A DNA stretch of 64,000 nucleotides from the sequence record OR525698.1. One strand, 5' to 3'. The DNA comes from Escherichia phage vB-Eco-KMB43. The translations under genes were made by a program, and so were the position numbers. The notes under the pieces were generated by a model that did not search any database, had not been told where the DNA came from, and worked only from the letters and a program-made list of their open reading frames with translations. Below, one piece after another: positions 29,902-39,162 of the stretch (position 1 is the first letter of the stretch; the number at the start of each line of letters is the position of its first letter).

Positions 29902-30060
29902 TTACTTAATGATACTTACTTTACCAGATCCGTGACAATGAGCGCAACACCCATCACCACGCAATCCTGTTCCGTTACAGTGTTTACACTTCTTCAACGG
30001 TAAAGCCATTATAGCAAATAAAGCAATAATGAACACCGAAACTAAATTCTCAATAATCAT
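29902..30060 (-). CDS. small membrane-anchored zinc-ribbon protein (52 aa, below ORF-track cutoff)
   Basis: hand-translated MIIENLVSVFIIALFAIMALPLKKCKHCNGTGLRGDGCCAHCHGSGK; N-terminal TM helix plus CxxCxGxG repeats. Confidence 0.35.
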   Translation of the reverse strand: MIIENLVSVFIIALFAIMALPLKKCKHCNGTGLRGDGCCAHCHGSGKVSIIK

Positions 30061-30319
30061 AAATCGCCCTCAGTTCTTTATAGCCTCCAATGTGCTCGTT
30101 GTCAATGAATATCTGGGGGTATACAAACCGGAGGCTCTTTGAGTTTAGCCTCCCCGCCAGTTCTTCAATCATATCACGGTCGGGAATAATGTCAACCCCG
30201 ACCTGCTTGAATACTGGTTTAAGTGTATACGGAATACCCAGATCATCCAGTAGCTTCATTGCACTAATACAACCATAACAATGATAAGCCTCTTTCGGTA
30301 TACCGTATATCTCGATCAT
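30050..30319 (-). CDS. glutaredoxin-like protein (NrdH-like)
   Basis: 89 aa; active-site-like CYGC near N-terminus and C-terminal IGGY..L motif; adjacent to anaerobic nrd genes. Confidence 0.55.
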   Translation of the reverse strand: MIEIYGIPKEAYHCYGCISAMKLLDDLGIPYTLKPVFKQVGVDIIPDRDMIEELAGRLNSKSLRFVYPQIFIDNEHIGGYKELRAIYDY

Positions 30320-30819
30320 TTCTCAGCCTTTAATCTTTCCAATTCTTCTTCCAGTTCCTTGATCCGTCGGTCACGTTCAAAGTCACGCTGCAACTTAGTG
30401 GCGAATACTCGTTTAAACTGATTGTAATCATCGATTTTAAACACTTCTTCTTCGCCATAGCGACGTACAGAAACTTCGTAGTTGTTGAAAAATTGTTCCA
30501 ACATTGCATCAGTAGTCAGTTCTGACGACACCACTTTAAAATAACGTTCTTCTGATTGCAAAAACCAGTTGTGCGCGTATTCCCGTACATCATCAACATC
30601 TCGACAGGTGTATGTTTTTCCATCAATTTCAATCGCAGAAACATATTCGATATCTGACGCAATTTTTTCAAAAGCGATAACTTTAAATGTACGGTCACCG
30701 ATAAAGTCTGCTATTGCATCATTTGCAACACTGGTTGCAAATGCTTTCCGCGCTCGATCGTTTTTCCACTGATAGGTCATACCAACAACAAACATATTAC
30801 CAACCTCGCTCTTTACCAA
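30316..30819 (-). CDS. paralog family A member (167 aa), coiled-coil C-terminus
   Basis: shares YQWKND, IEIDGKTY and FATKL motifs with ORFs at 30797-32621 and 36462-39099. Confidence 0.45.
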   Translation of the reverse strand: MVKSEVGNMFVVGMTYQWKNDRARKAFATSVANDAIADFIGDRTFKVIAFEKIASDIEYVSAIEIDGKTYTCRDVDDVREYAHNWFLQSEERYFKVVSSELTTDAMLEQFFNNYEVSVRRYGEEEVFKIDDYNQFKRVFATKLQRDFERDRRIKELEEELERLKAEK

Positions 30820-31621
30820 TCAAAAATTCAACTTCACGACGTTTAATGTCTTCTTGAAGGTCTTTAATCTTCTGGCGATCTTGCATTATTTCGTCCATCT
30901 TGTCAAGTGCTGCGATGAAATCATCGAAACGTTCAAAGGTTTTACCTTCATTTGCTTCGCCAAATTTAACCATTGTCAGGCCGTAACGACTACTAAACAG
31001 ACGTTTCAACTGTCCAACGATTTTAGAATCAGTGGTTATAACTTCCAATTCTTCTACTTCACGAAAGAATTTTCTATCAGAATCAATAAACCAGCTAGTT
31101 CCTTTATGGTCTCTATCTTCGGTTGCGCTCATTAGAGTATGGTCTTTACCATCAATTTCAATTACATCAATTTGCCCACATGGACTAACATTTTTAACAG
31201 TAAAAGGTCTATAATTTATTGCTCGTGCAATAACATAATTAAGGTTAGATACGTTTTCAGCATAATGGCAGAAGTCTGTCATAGCATTCGCATCTTTCCA
31301 AGTATAAGTTTTACCAACTTCCCATTTCTGGGGAACTTCTTCAACTTCACGAAAGAATTTTCTATCGAATGGACTAAAGAAATATGTTGCAGTCCAAATG
31401 TCTTTTCCTGTAGCAGTTTTCGCCGTATGATAAACACCGTCTAGCTCTATTGCATTAATCCAACCGTTGCCATCGATCTCGATGATGGTAAATGGCTTGT
31501 CACCAATAGATGCACTAATATCGCTGTTAAGTGGAGAAAGAACACCTTCTCCGGTAGTAATAAACTCAGTTTTAGCGTTTTCATCTTTCCAAGTGTAAGT
31601 TTTACCAATTTCCCATTTCAT
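30797..31621 (-). CDS. paralog family A member with two tandem domains (274 aa)
   Basis: two internal repeats, each KWE.GKTYTWKD ... RPFTV ... IEIDG ... RKFFREVEE. Confidence 0.5.
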   Translation of the reverse strand: MKWEIGKTYTWKDENAKTEFITTGEGVLSPLNSDISASIGDKPFTIIEIDGNGWINAIELDGVYHTAKTATGKDIWTATYFFSPFDRKFFREVEEVPQKWEVGKTYTWKDANAMTDFCHYAENVSNLNYVIARAINYRPFTVKNVSPCGQIDVIEIDGKDHTLMSATEDRDHKGTSWFIDSDRKFFREVEELEVITTDSKIVGQLKRLFSSRYGLTMVKFGEANEGKTFERFDDFIAALDKMDEIMQDRQKIKDLQEDIKRREVEFLIGKERGW

Positions 31622-31633
31622 AATATATTCCCC

Positions 31634-32134
31634 TTAACCGATTTTATCAAGTTCGTTTAATGCTTTCTCTGCTTCCTGTATAGCTTGCACCCTTTCCGGC
31701 ATTTTGTAAAGAAAATCTTTCAACTCTTCAAAACTGGAGATATGACGCAAGGCGTTAGCACCGATAGCCGCATGTGATTTGCATTCAAAGCGGATTTTAT
31801 AATTATCCATCGCCAATTTGAGAAGGTCTATTAGATCATATTCATGACCAGGTAATAAAACTTCTTTGAAGCACGCTCGGTCACCATCGGAAAACCATAT
31901 ATTATCACCAATATCGATAGAACTAATATAATCCCCTTCGTGATTATAGATTGAACGCACATTACCCCAACGGTCTACCGTAGCGACAGTAAATGGTTTA
32001 TCTAGATATGTAAACATACCATCAATATTAGGTCTTTGTTCGTAACTCCAACAATCACGCAAAATACGCTTTTCGTATTCGCCAACCAACGCATAGGTCT
32101 TACCTTCTTCCCATTTCATAATATTATCTCTCAT
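31634..32134 (-). CDS. paralog family A member (166 aa)
   Basis: MKWEEGKTY ... KPFTV ... CFKEV domain. Confidence 0.45.
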   Translation of the reverse strand: MRDNIMKWEEGKTYALVGEYEKRILRDCWSYEQRPNIDGMFTYLDKPFTVATVDRWGNVRSIYNHEGDYISSIDIGDNIWFSDGDRACFKEVLLPGHEYDLIDLLKLAMDNYKIRFECKSHAAIGANALRHISSFEELKDFLYKMPERVQAIQEAEKALNELDKIG

Positions 32135-32621
32135 TTTTGATACGTGATTCTAATTGGATCATACGGTCGCGCGTTTGCTTGTATTCACGGATAGCACCGA
32201 TCCGGCTAGGCATACCATCTAGGACGCTCTTAATCCCTTCTAGGGTAGTGATTTTAGCAATGCTATTATGTAACCCCATCTTATCGATCAACTGAATGTC
32301 GTAGGCTTCCATAAGCAGACCCAGACGTTCTAAGGTTAGATCTGGTTCTTTAACTTCTTTAAAGAATCGACGTTCACCAGCCCAAAACCACGCACCGTGC
32401 GCACCAATTGGAGTGTCTCGAACAGAAATACATTTACCATCACTTAACGAGATTTCAAGAACATGACCCTCATTACTCATAACCTCGACTGTAAAAGGAC
32501 GTCCATCAAGAAACTCAGCAACTTGACGGTTGATTGACAGTTCAGATTTGGTAAATTCTGCTTTCTTCTCATCACCATCAAGAGTGTACATCTTACCCAA
32601 TTCCCATTTCATAGCAATCAC
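32124..32621 (-). CDS. paralog family A member (165 aa)
   Basis: MKWELGKMY ... RPFTV ... RRFFKEV domain. Confidence 0.45.
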   Translation of the reverse strand: MIAMKWELGKMYTLDGDEKKAEFTKSELSINRQVAEFLDGRPFTVEVMSNEGHVLEISLSDGKCISVRDTPIGAHGAWFWAGERRFFKEVKEPDLTLERLGLLMEAYDIQLIDKMGLHNSIAKITTLEGIKSVLDGMPSRIGAIREYKQTRDRMIQLESRIKNER

Positions 32622-32622
32622 C

Positions 32623-33126
32623 TCAAATAATTTTTACTGGAATACTATTAACAATCTTGTATTGTACTTGATTGTCAGACCCCCGCCACGGCTTCTTCGT
32701 TGGCATATCTTTAATATAACGACCATCGATGAACATGTCAACTGATTCTACAATTTTTCTTTGCTCATCATTCAATTGGTCAAGGGTATAACCAGACCAT
32801 AGCCAAATATCTTTATTTGGCATCCATGATTTTACTTCATCGATGATCCGCTGTACACCCTTTAAATTGCGTTTATACAGTGGATCTCCACCTAAGAATG
32901 TTAGCCCCTGAATAAAATCAGGTCTAAGCAGATCCAGAATCAATCCCATTGTATCATCGGTGAATGGTTCCCCGTTCTTAGGATTGAGTAGACTAGCATT
33001 AAAGCAACCATCACATGCGTGTGAACATCCGGTAACGTAAAGGGAGACTCTCACTCCCTCACCGTTAACCATATCACAATCTTTAATATCGGCATAGCGT
33101 AATTTGCCGTATGTATCAGAACTCAT
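32623..33126 (-). CDS. nrdG: anaerobic ribonucleotide reductase activating protein (radical SAM)
   Basis: CSHACDGC cluster and TFLGGDP motif; ATG at 33126 (track start is TTG). Confidence 0.85.
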   Translation of the reverse strand: MSSDTYGKLRYADIKDCDMVNGEGVRVSLYVTGCSHACDGCFNASLLNPKNGEPFTDDTMGLILDLLRPDFIQGLTFLGGDPLYKRNLKGVQRIIDEVKSWMPNKDIWLWSGYTLDQLNDEQRKIVESVDMFIDGRYIKDMPTKKPWRGSDNQVQYKIVNSIPVKII

Positions 33127-33268
33127 ATTCAATTACCCCGAACTCGTTTACAATCTGCGCTTTATAGTAACCACCGCGAGATGCTAATAGATAAGCTGGG
33201 CTTAGGTATTCGTATTCGCGGATTTCTACTTGTGCGTTTTCAGTTTCCCAAATCAGTAAAGTCCACAT
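33116..33268 (-). CDS. small hypothetical protein (50 aa)
   Basis: ORF track runs through the upstream promoter; internal ATG at 33268 follows a GGAGAATCAAAT RBS. Confidence 0.25.
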   Translation of the reverse strand: MWTLLIWETENAQVEIREYEYLSPAYLLASRGGYYKAQIVNEFGVIEYEF

Positions 33269-33310
33269 ATTTGATTCTCCTGTAAAGTTGTATCTCGTCT
33301 TGATGAATAT

Positions 33311-33339
33311 AGTATAGGGGATCGCGAGATCCCCGTCAA
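33311..33339 (-). promoter_or_regulatory. promoter-hairpin cassette (TTGACG, hairpin GGGGATCTCGCGATCCCC, TATACT)
   Basis: upstream of small ORF and nrdG. Confidence 0.5.
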
Positions 33340-33357
33340 GCATTTATTTTAAAAATC

Positions 33358-33903
33358 TCAAAGTATTCTTTCTAGCCATTCGCGACCAGTCATATGAGTA
33401 CCCGCAATCATAAAATTATGGTCTGGCGAGGACCGAAACATATCTAAAATAAACTTCCGACATTCCTCATAGTCATCACGTTTAAGATAGACCACGTTCT
33501 CGCCAGTGCCAATAACTCCTTTACGATAGCCATGTTCTTTACGCGTAGACCATTGCACAGTATCCTTTTTAACTCGAATCACGATTGGTTCCCAATATCC
33601 AGCACATCCAGCATGACCACACGAACAAGTAAGGAAGTATTGACCCTTTGCTTTGTTCTCATCCCATCCAACATTAATCGGATAACATTCATGAAACAAT
33701 GCTAAAACATCATGTGTCTCGTCAATATCTTTATCGTCAATTCGTGCAGTAAACACCCAAACAGGGATCTTATTACCTATTGGTTCATAATCATCGCCCC
33801 ACTCGTCATAAATAGTTTCTAAGGTCATATCAATATTGATTGATTTTGCCGCGTCAATATGTCGTTGTGCTTTACGTTTACGGTTTAATGATTTCATAGT
33901 CAC
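33358..33903 (-). CDS. hypothetical protein (181 aa)
   Basis: ORF between nrdD and nrdG; Cys/His-rich stretch CSCGHAGCAGYW. Confidence 0.4.
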   Translation of the reverse strand: MTMKSLNRKRKAQRHIDAAKSINIDMTLETIYDEWGDDYEPIGNKIPVWVFTARIDDKDIDETHDVLALFHECYPINVGWDENKAKGQYFLTCSCGHAGCAGYWEPIVIRVKKDTVQWSTRKEHGYRKGVIGTGENVVYLKRDDYEECRKFILDMFRSSPDHNFMIAGTHMTGREWLERIL

Positions 33904-33914
33904 CTCACATTATT

Positions 33915-34454
33915 TCAAAGATCGCGATATTGTACATTATGAAAATGAGAACTTGCATTACCAATATTGTAGATAACAAATTCTTCATCCGGCGCTTGCG
34001 CTACAAATTGAGTATGAGCAACCGCCACAACCTTAAAAATACGATCCGTGATCTTGTGTTTAATTTCTGCCCCTACTTCCATAGGAACATATTCATTTGT
34101 TTCTGTTTCAGTCGCAAAACAGCCATCTTCTTCATAAGCACGAACAAATCGGTCGCAATCAGTACGCTTAACAAATTCAAGAGTATATAATTCTCGTGAA
34201 TTGTCGGTATAGACCAATACAGAATTATTATGATAGCGAATCACATACAGGTTATTATCATCGTCAATTACGCAAAAGCTACGGATTCCTTCGCCTTGAC
34301 TCCAGCAGATATTAACCACCGTTCCTCTAATAAAAAAACTTTCCTTTAAATTAAAACTAGCCAATGTGCTAGCGTGCATTTTAACAACAACGCCATCACC
34401 AATTTCCAGTTTACGAAGTTTAACTTCTTTGCTCAGTACACAAAACATCATCAT
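33915..34454 (-). CDS. hypothetical protein (179 aa)
   Basis: ORF directly downstream of the nrdD terminator-promoter cassette. Confidence 0.4.
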   Translation of the reverse strand: MMMFCVLSKEVKLRKLEIGDGVVVKMHASTLASFNLKESFFIRGTVVNICWSQGEGIRSFCVIDDDNNLYVIRYHNNSVLVYTDNSRELYTLEFVKRTDCDRFVRAYEEDGCFATETETNEYVPMEVGAEIKHKITDRIFKVVAVAHTQFVAQAPDEEFVIYNIGNASSHFHNVQYRDL

Positions 34455-34483
34455 GTTATCCTCTCGTTGTTTTCGATGTGAGC

Positions 34484-34511
34484 ATTATACATTAGCTAAT
34501 CAGGTTGTCAA
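34484..34511 (-). promoter_or_regulatory. early promoter (TTGACA, 16 nt, TATAAT) directly after nrdD terminator
   Basis: consensus hexamers. Confidence 0.55.
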
Positions 34512-34519
34512 CACCCCAA

Positions 34520-34550
34520 AACGAAAAAGCCGACCCTTTCGGATCGGCTG
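34520..34550 (-). terminator. rho-independent terminator after nrdD
   Basis: AGCCGATCC-GAAA-GGGTCGGCT hairpin then TTTTTCGTTTT. Confidence 0.6.
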
Positions 34551-34554
34551 AAAA

Positions 34555-36417
34555 TTACATGTGCTTAACGCGGTTTACCATCTCGGAGTGTTTCCCGTGG
34601 TTAAATGGACGCAGATCAACAGATCCAAGATATCCACTAACGCGACGGATAACATTCATCTTTTCCAGATTGTCATTGCCGCAATCAGGGCAAACAAAAC
34701 CAGACTCGGTCGCTCTCATTTCCTTATTAGATCCGCATACATGACATACATCAGAAGGAGTATTAACACCGAAGTAGTGCAATTTATCCATTGCATAGTC
34801 TACTACAGTTTCAAGACCTTTCAGGTTGTTTTTCATGTCTGGGAACTCAACATAAGAGATCATGCCACCGGACGCCAGCCAGTGATAATCTTTCTCAAAG
34901 TCGATTTTCTCAAACGGTGTGACTTTCCGGTCTACGTCAAGGTGGAATGAGTTGGTGTACCAGTCTTTATCGGTAGCACCCTTAACAATACCAAATTGCT
35001 CTCGGTCCAGTCGATTAAATCGATAGCAAAGGCTCTCGGCTGGAGTACCGTAAAGACTAAACCCAAGTCCGGTTTCGTCCTTCCATTTTTCAGTATAATG
35101 ACGCAAGATCTTAAGAATATGTTTACCGTATCGCTGCGCATCTTCCGAATCAAACGGATGAACACCAAACAGGACGCTCAATACCTCATGTAAACCAATA
35201 TATCCAAGAGAGATACTAGCGCGACCATCTTTCAACACTTCCAAAATTTCATCGTTTTGATGAATACGGAAAAACGCACCTTCGGTATACAGTACAGGAG
35301 CAACATTGGCTTTAGCACCTTTTAAAGCGTCTACGCGACTCATGAGCGCATCAAAGCAAATAGGCATACGATTAGCTAGCTCTTGTTCGAATAGCTCAAT
35401 TCTGCGCATTACAGACGCTTTACCAGCACGACGCGCGGCAATAAGGGCAATACGCGGAAGATTCAGAGTCACAACACCTAAGTTATTACGTCCGTCTAAT
35501 ACTTCCTCGCCTTTCTCATTATGCCACACACCCAGGAAGCTACGACAACCCATCGGGCTAACCGGAACACTAGATCCGGTGATACTACGGTTATTCTTCG
35601 CAGAGATATAATCAGGGTAAAGACGCTTACTAGAACATTCCAATGCAAGTTGCTTAATGTCGTAGTTCGGATCTTCCGGTTTAAGGTTTAATCCTTCTTC
35701 TAAGAACATCACCAGCTTAGGAAACACCGGAGTGATACCATCTTTACCTAAACCTTTAGTTCGAACGTTCAGGATCGCTTTCTGAATCAGTTTTTCTTCC
35801 CAGCTAGTCCCCATACCAAATGTTAAAGTCACAAAAGGTGTTTGACCGTTGGTGGAGAACAAAGTGTTGATTTCATATTCCAACGCTTGATACCCGTCTA
35901 GCGTTTCTTTTTCTGTCTTCTCTTGTGCATAGAGAGTATCCGCTTTGATTCCGTAGGTTTCGGCATCAGCAAGGTGTTTATGATATGTTTTCTCAACGTA
36001 TGGCGCTAAAACCTGATCGATGTTTGCAATTGTGGTCCCGCCATATTGATGACTTGCCACCTGTGCGATAATTTGAGCGGTTACAGCACAAGCAACGCCG
36101 ATTGATTTCGGACTTTCGATTTGTGCGCTACCCAATTTAAAACCATTCTCTAACATGTCTTTGAGGTTAACAAGACAGCAGTTAGTAAACGGCATAGCGG
36201 GTGCATAATCCATATCATGATAATGAATGTCACCGTCTACATGCGCTTTATAGATGTGCTCAGGTAACACGGTTTTAGCAATCTGTTTAGACACAGCACC
36301 AGCAATCAGATCTCGACGTGTCGGGAATGTTCGCGCGTCTTTGTTCGCGTTCTCTTTGCTTACTTCGTTTTCTTTACCCGTTGCGATCTCTGTAATGTCT
36401 TTGATTAGTTTTTCCAT
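34555..36417 (-). CDS. nrdD: anaerobic ribonucleoside-triphosphate reductase (class III, glycyl radical)
   Basis: 620 aa; C-terminal zinc ribbon CHVCG...CPDCG and glycyl-radical-type RRVSGYLG; T4 NrdD length. Confidence 0.9.
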   Translation of the reverse strand: MEKLIKDITEIATGKENEVSKENANKDARTFPTRRDLIAGAVSKQIAKTVLPEHIYKAHVDGDIHYHDMDYAPAMPFTNCCLVNLKDMLENGFKLGSAQIESPKSIGVACAVTAQIIAQVASHQYGGTTIANIDQVLAPYVEKTYHKHLADAETYGIKADTLYAQEKTEKETLDGYQALEYEINTLFSTNGQTPFVTLTFGMGTSWEEKLIQKAILNVRTKGLGKDGITPVFPKLVMFLEEGLNLKPEDPNYDIKQLALECSSKRLYPDYISAKNNRSITGSSVPVSPMGCRSFLGVWHNEKGEEVLDGRNNLGVVTLNLPRIALIAARRAGKASVMRRIELFEQELANRMPICFDALMSRVDALKGAKANVAPVLYTEGAFFRIHQNDEILEVLKDGRASISLGYIGLHEVLSVLFGVHPFDSEDAQRYGKHILKILRHYTEKWKDETGLGFSLYGTPAESLCYRFNRLDREQFGIVKGATDKDWYTNSFHLDVDRKVTPFEKIDFEKDYHWLASGGMISYVEFPDMKNNLKGLETVVDYAMDKLHYFGVNTPSDVCHVCGSNKEMRATESGFVCPDCGNDNLEKMNVIRRVSGYLGSVDLRPFNHGKHSEMVNRVKHM

Positions 36418-36461
36418 TGTATCACCTATGAAAAAGCGGGATTTCTCCCGCTCGTTGATAG

Positions 36462-36956
36462 TTATTTTACCAGTTCTGCTAATTCTTTTTCCGCCGCTTC
36501 CAGTTCAGCTTTCAGTTGTTTGATCTCTTGTCGCTTCTTATTAGCGGCTTCCTGCTTACTATTTCGGATAATCTGATCTAGATATGAATCCCACTCCTGA
36601 ATATTTTTGATAATGTAACCGTCAACATTAATTGGTCGGAGATTTAGTACAGCTTCCAGTTTAGTTGCAAAAACTTTAATTGCTGGTGTGAAGTATTCAT
36701 ACTCGTTATCTTCAAACCAATAGCCTAGACTTGCATTCTCAATACGAAGACGAAGTTCAAGATCAAGGTCTTTATCTTCGGTGTAAAGATCTTGCACATG
36801 CCCCATCGAACTAACAACAACTTTAAAACGAATTTTATCAACACCACCAAACACACCAGTAAGTATACCAGCAATTGAGCTATTAGCGCAAGATTGGTCG
36901 CTGAATGCGTCAAGGTTTTCTTTAGTTACAGTATACCAAACATCTTGTACCCACAT
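36462..36956 (-). CDS. paralog family A member (164 aa), coiled-coil C-terminus
   Basis: GYWFEDNEYEYF..FATKLE motif shared with 30316-30819. Confidence 0.45.
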   Translation of the reverse strand: MWVQDVWYTVTKENLDAFSDQSCANSSIAGILTGVFGGVDKIRFKVVVSSMGHVQDLYTEDKDLDLELRLRIENASLGYWFEDNEYEYFTPAIKVFATKLEAVLNLRPINVDGYIIKNIQEWDSYLDQIIRNSKQEAANKKRQEIKQLKAELEAAEKELAELVK

Positions 36957-36986
36957 AATATAATCCTCTCGTTGTTAAGTGGGAGT

Positions 36987-37014
36987 ATTATAGCATACTC
37001 CCTTCGCATGTCAA
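36987..37014 (-). promoter_or_regulatory. promoter-hairpin cassette (TTGACA; TATAAT in loop of GGGAGTAT/ATACTCCC stem)
   Basis: -35 overlaps stop codon of upstream gene. Confidence 0.5.
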
Positions 37015-38189
37015 ACACTAACTTTTTTCTTTACTGCTTTCACCTTCTGGCGAATTGCTCGAATCTCTTCGATCTCTTTTTCAGTCTCTTTAACAATTTC
37101 TTTGCGATTCTGAATATCTGTATCTAGATTCTCATCGAGTTTAGGAAGCATGTCGATCAAGAACTTTTTAAGGTCTTTCAGGTTGCGAATAACAGTACCT
37201 TCACCCATTACCGCAACACCCACACCATCCGGCAGATCACCAAACAGCTTAACCAGTTCAGACAGATGATCATGATCTTCTAGTGCTTCTTCCGGTTCAG
37301 ATGGCAGTTCAACAAAGTTATAACGTTCATCATTGCTGATCAAGTGATACCAGCAAAGCCCGAAAGATTTCGGTGTATATTCTACACCATCAATTTCAAC
37401 CGCGTCAACACTTCCATAATCATCTACTTTAGTTACCTTAAATCCTTGTCCCAGCTTTTGAACAATTTCAACAACATGACTTGATACAGTTTCAGCGGTA
37501 AACCAATATGGCAAATTATGCTGATTTGGCTTGTAGCGTTCACCTACTTTAAATCTCTGACCATCCGCTTGCATAGCATGAAATTGTTGTTGCGTGATTT
37601 CCGCGAAGTATTCAAATTCGCTACCGTCAAACAAGCAATTCCATTGATCACAAAAACGATCTGCCTTAACAGTTTCACCTTTCGCGGTGATCATGGTAGC
37701 TGATCCGTGCAATTCTTCTTCAACTAAAAAGCCATATTCGACAAAATCAACAAGTTTCATAGCTTCTTTGTGATCTGGATCATGCTCTCCCCAGAATCGC
37801 TTAAATTCTTGCAAACCTTCTGGGGTAAACGAATAACATTTACCTTTTTCAAAGTAAGTCGGCATTGCATCCTCTTTCTTGTTCATCGCTTCGTATGCCT
37901 CTTTTGAGATACGTTTAAAGTATTTGCGCTCATTGTTCATAATCATAGTAGCCCAATAATCCACAATATCATTAGCGGAATAAACTACATCTCCAGCTTC
38001 AATAGTAATAACATGACCGTGGTCATCTTTTTCTAATACTTTAAAGCCCTTTTCTACGATTTCAGCAACCCGAATATGACCACGGCGCGAAGCATCGGTC
38101 AGAATAATTGAATAGCGAGAAAAGTCTAGAAACTCATCTTTACCGCCTTCACGGAATGCATAGTAATGACCTTCAAAGAATTTAGCCAT
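37011..38189 (-). CDS. paralog family A member with multiple repeats (392 aa)
   Basis: repeated GFKVLEKDDHG / GFKVTKVDDYG and ERKYFKRI segments. Confidence 0.5.
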   Translation of the reverse strand: MAKFFEGHYYAFREGGKDEFLDFSRYSIILTDASRRGHIRVAEIVEKGFKVLEKDDHGHVITIEAGDVVYSANDIVDYWATMIMNNERKYFKRISKEAYEAMNKKEDAMPTYFEKGKCYSFTPEGLQEFKRFWGEHDPDHKEAMKLVDFVEYGFLVEEELHGSATMITAKGETVKADRFCDQWNCLFDGSEFEYFAEITQQQFHAMQADGQRFKVGERYKPNQHNLPYWFTAETVSSHVVEIVQKLGQGFKVTKVDDYGSVDAVEIDGVEYTPKSFGLCWYHLISNDERYNFVELPSEPEEALEDHDHLSELVKLFGDLPDGVGVAVMGEGTVIRNLKDLKKFLIDMLPKLDENLDTDIQNRKEIVKETEKEIEEIRAIRQKVKAVKKKVSV

Positions 38190-38220
38190 AATATAATCCT
38201 CTCGTTGTTTAGATGGGAGT

Positions 38221-38249
38221 ATCTTACTACTCCCGTTTCATCATGTCAA
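38221..38249 (-). promoter_or_regulatory. promoter-hairpin cassette (TTGACA; TAAGAT in loop of GGGAGTA/TACTCCC stem)
   Basis: same architecture as 36987-37014. Confidence 0.45.
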
Positions 38250-38830
38250 GCGTTAAATGACTTTTGGATCTCTTTCAGTTCAGCTACTTTATCGGCGCTA
38301 TATTTTGCTTGATGTTCCATGCGCTTAAGCTCACCTTTGATATAGGTTTCTAGCTTAGGTTTATTCTCAATCAGAAAATCTTTCAAGTCATCGGCATTTT
38401 TAAAGTATAGCTGATTGTCAAAGCTAAAATCTTCCAGCGTCAATGATACCAAAGAAGACTTCGCAAACAAGTTAATCAGACCTTCCAGAGATTCTTCTTT
38501 CTTAACTGGTTTCATTTCTTCAAACTGCTTTTTAGTGATGCGTTTAAAGTATTTGCGCTCGTTTGCAGCAATCAGAACAGATGCACCTTCATACCCATGA
38601 GTTTCTACCAGATACACACGCCCCATCGCATCAACAGTGAGAACTTTAAAGCCGTTACAAAGCACGTCATACAAGAACTTATTATGTTGCGGACATCGTT
38701 TGATAAATTCTGCGGCTGTTTCTGCACTACGGAAAGTGTAATAACGACCTCGTTCAAAAACAGCATCATTTGAAGACTTAGCCGGATACAATTTATACGT
38801 TTTCTGTACCATAATATAATCCTCTATCAT
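38246..38830 (-). CDS. paralog family A member (194 aa)
   Basis: NGFKVLTVDAMG and ERKYFKRI motifs. Confidence 0.45.
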   Translation of the reverse strand: MIEDYIMVQKTYKLYPAKSSNDAVFERGRYYTFRSAETAAEFIKRCPQHNKFLYDVLCNGFKVLTVDAMGRVYLVETHGYEGASVLIAANERKYFKRITKKQFEEMKPVKKEESLEGLINLFAKSSLVSLTLEDFSFDNQLYFKNADDLKDFLIENKPKLETYIKGELKRMEHQAKYSADKVAELKEIQKSFNA

Positions 38831-38838
38831 TTCACTAA

Positions 38839-39099
38839 TTAAACAGCACGGAACAGAATGCGCTCACACGGAAGCAGCATAAATTCCCAACGCGGGTCAA
38901 AGTCTTTAGCGGTGTATGTTTTCCCATCAACCGCTATTTCACTTACATAACCAACAGGTGACACTTTAAGAACAGTAAACCCATTCTTGATGACTTCGTA
39001 GGTATCTTTCACCCCTTCGTATTCATCATCTAAGAAGTCTTTATGTGCTTGCTCAGATTTAAAAACATAGGCCACACCGGATTTAAACATCTTACGCAT
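38839..39099 (-). CDS. paralog family A member (about 86 aa)
   Basis: KNGFTVLKV...VDGKTY...ERILFRAV; ATG at 39099 with GGAGAATCAAC RBS; track ORF extends through the promoter. Confidence 0.4.
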   Translation of the reverse strand: MRKMFKSGVAYVFKSEQAHKDFLDDEYEGVKDTYEVIKNGFTVLKVSPVGYVSEIAVDGKTYTAKDFDPRWEFMLLPCERILFRAV

Positions 39100-39130
39100 T
39101 GTTGATTCTCCTTCTTGATTAGATGGGAGT

Positions 39131-39159
39131 ATTTTACTACTCCCATTTCTTATTGTCAA
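39131..39159 (-). promoter_or_regulatory. promoter-hairpin cassette (TTGACA; TAAAAT in loop of GGGAGTA/TACTCCC stem)
   Basis: same architecture. Confidence 0.45.
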
Positions 39160-39162
39160 CTA

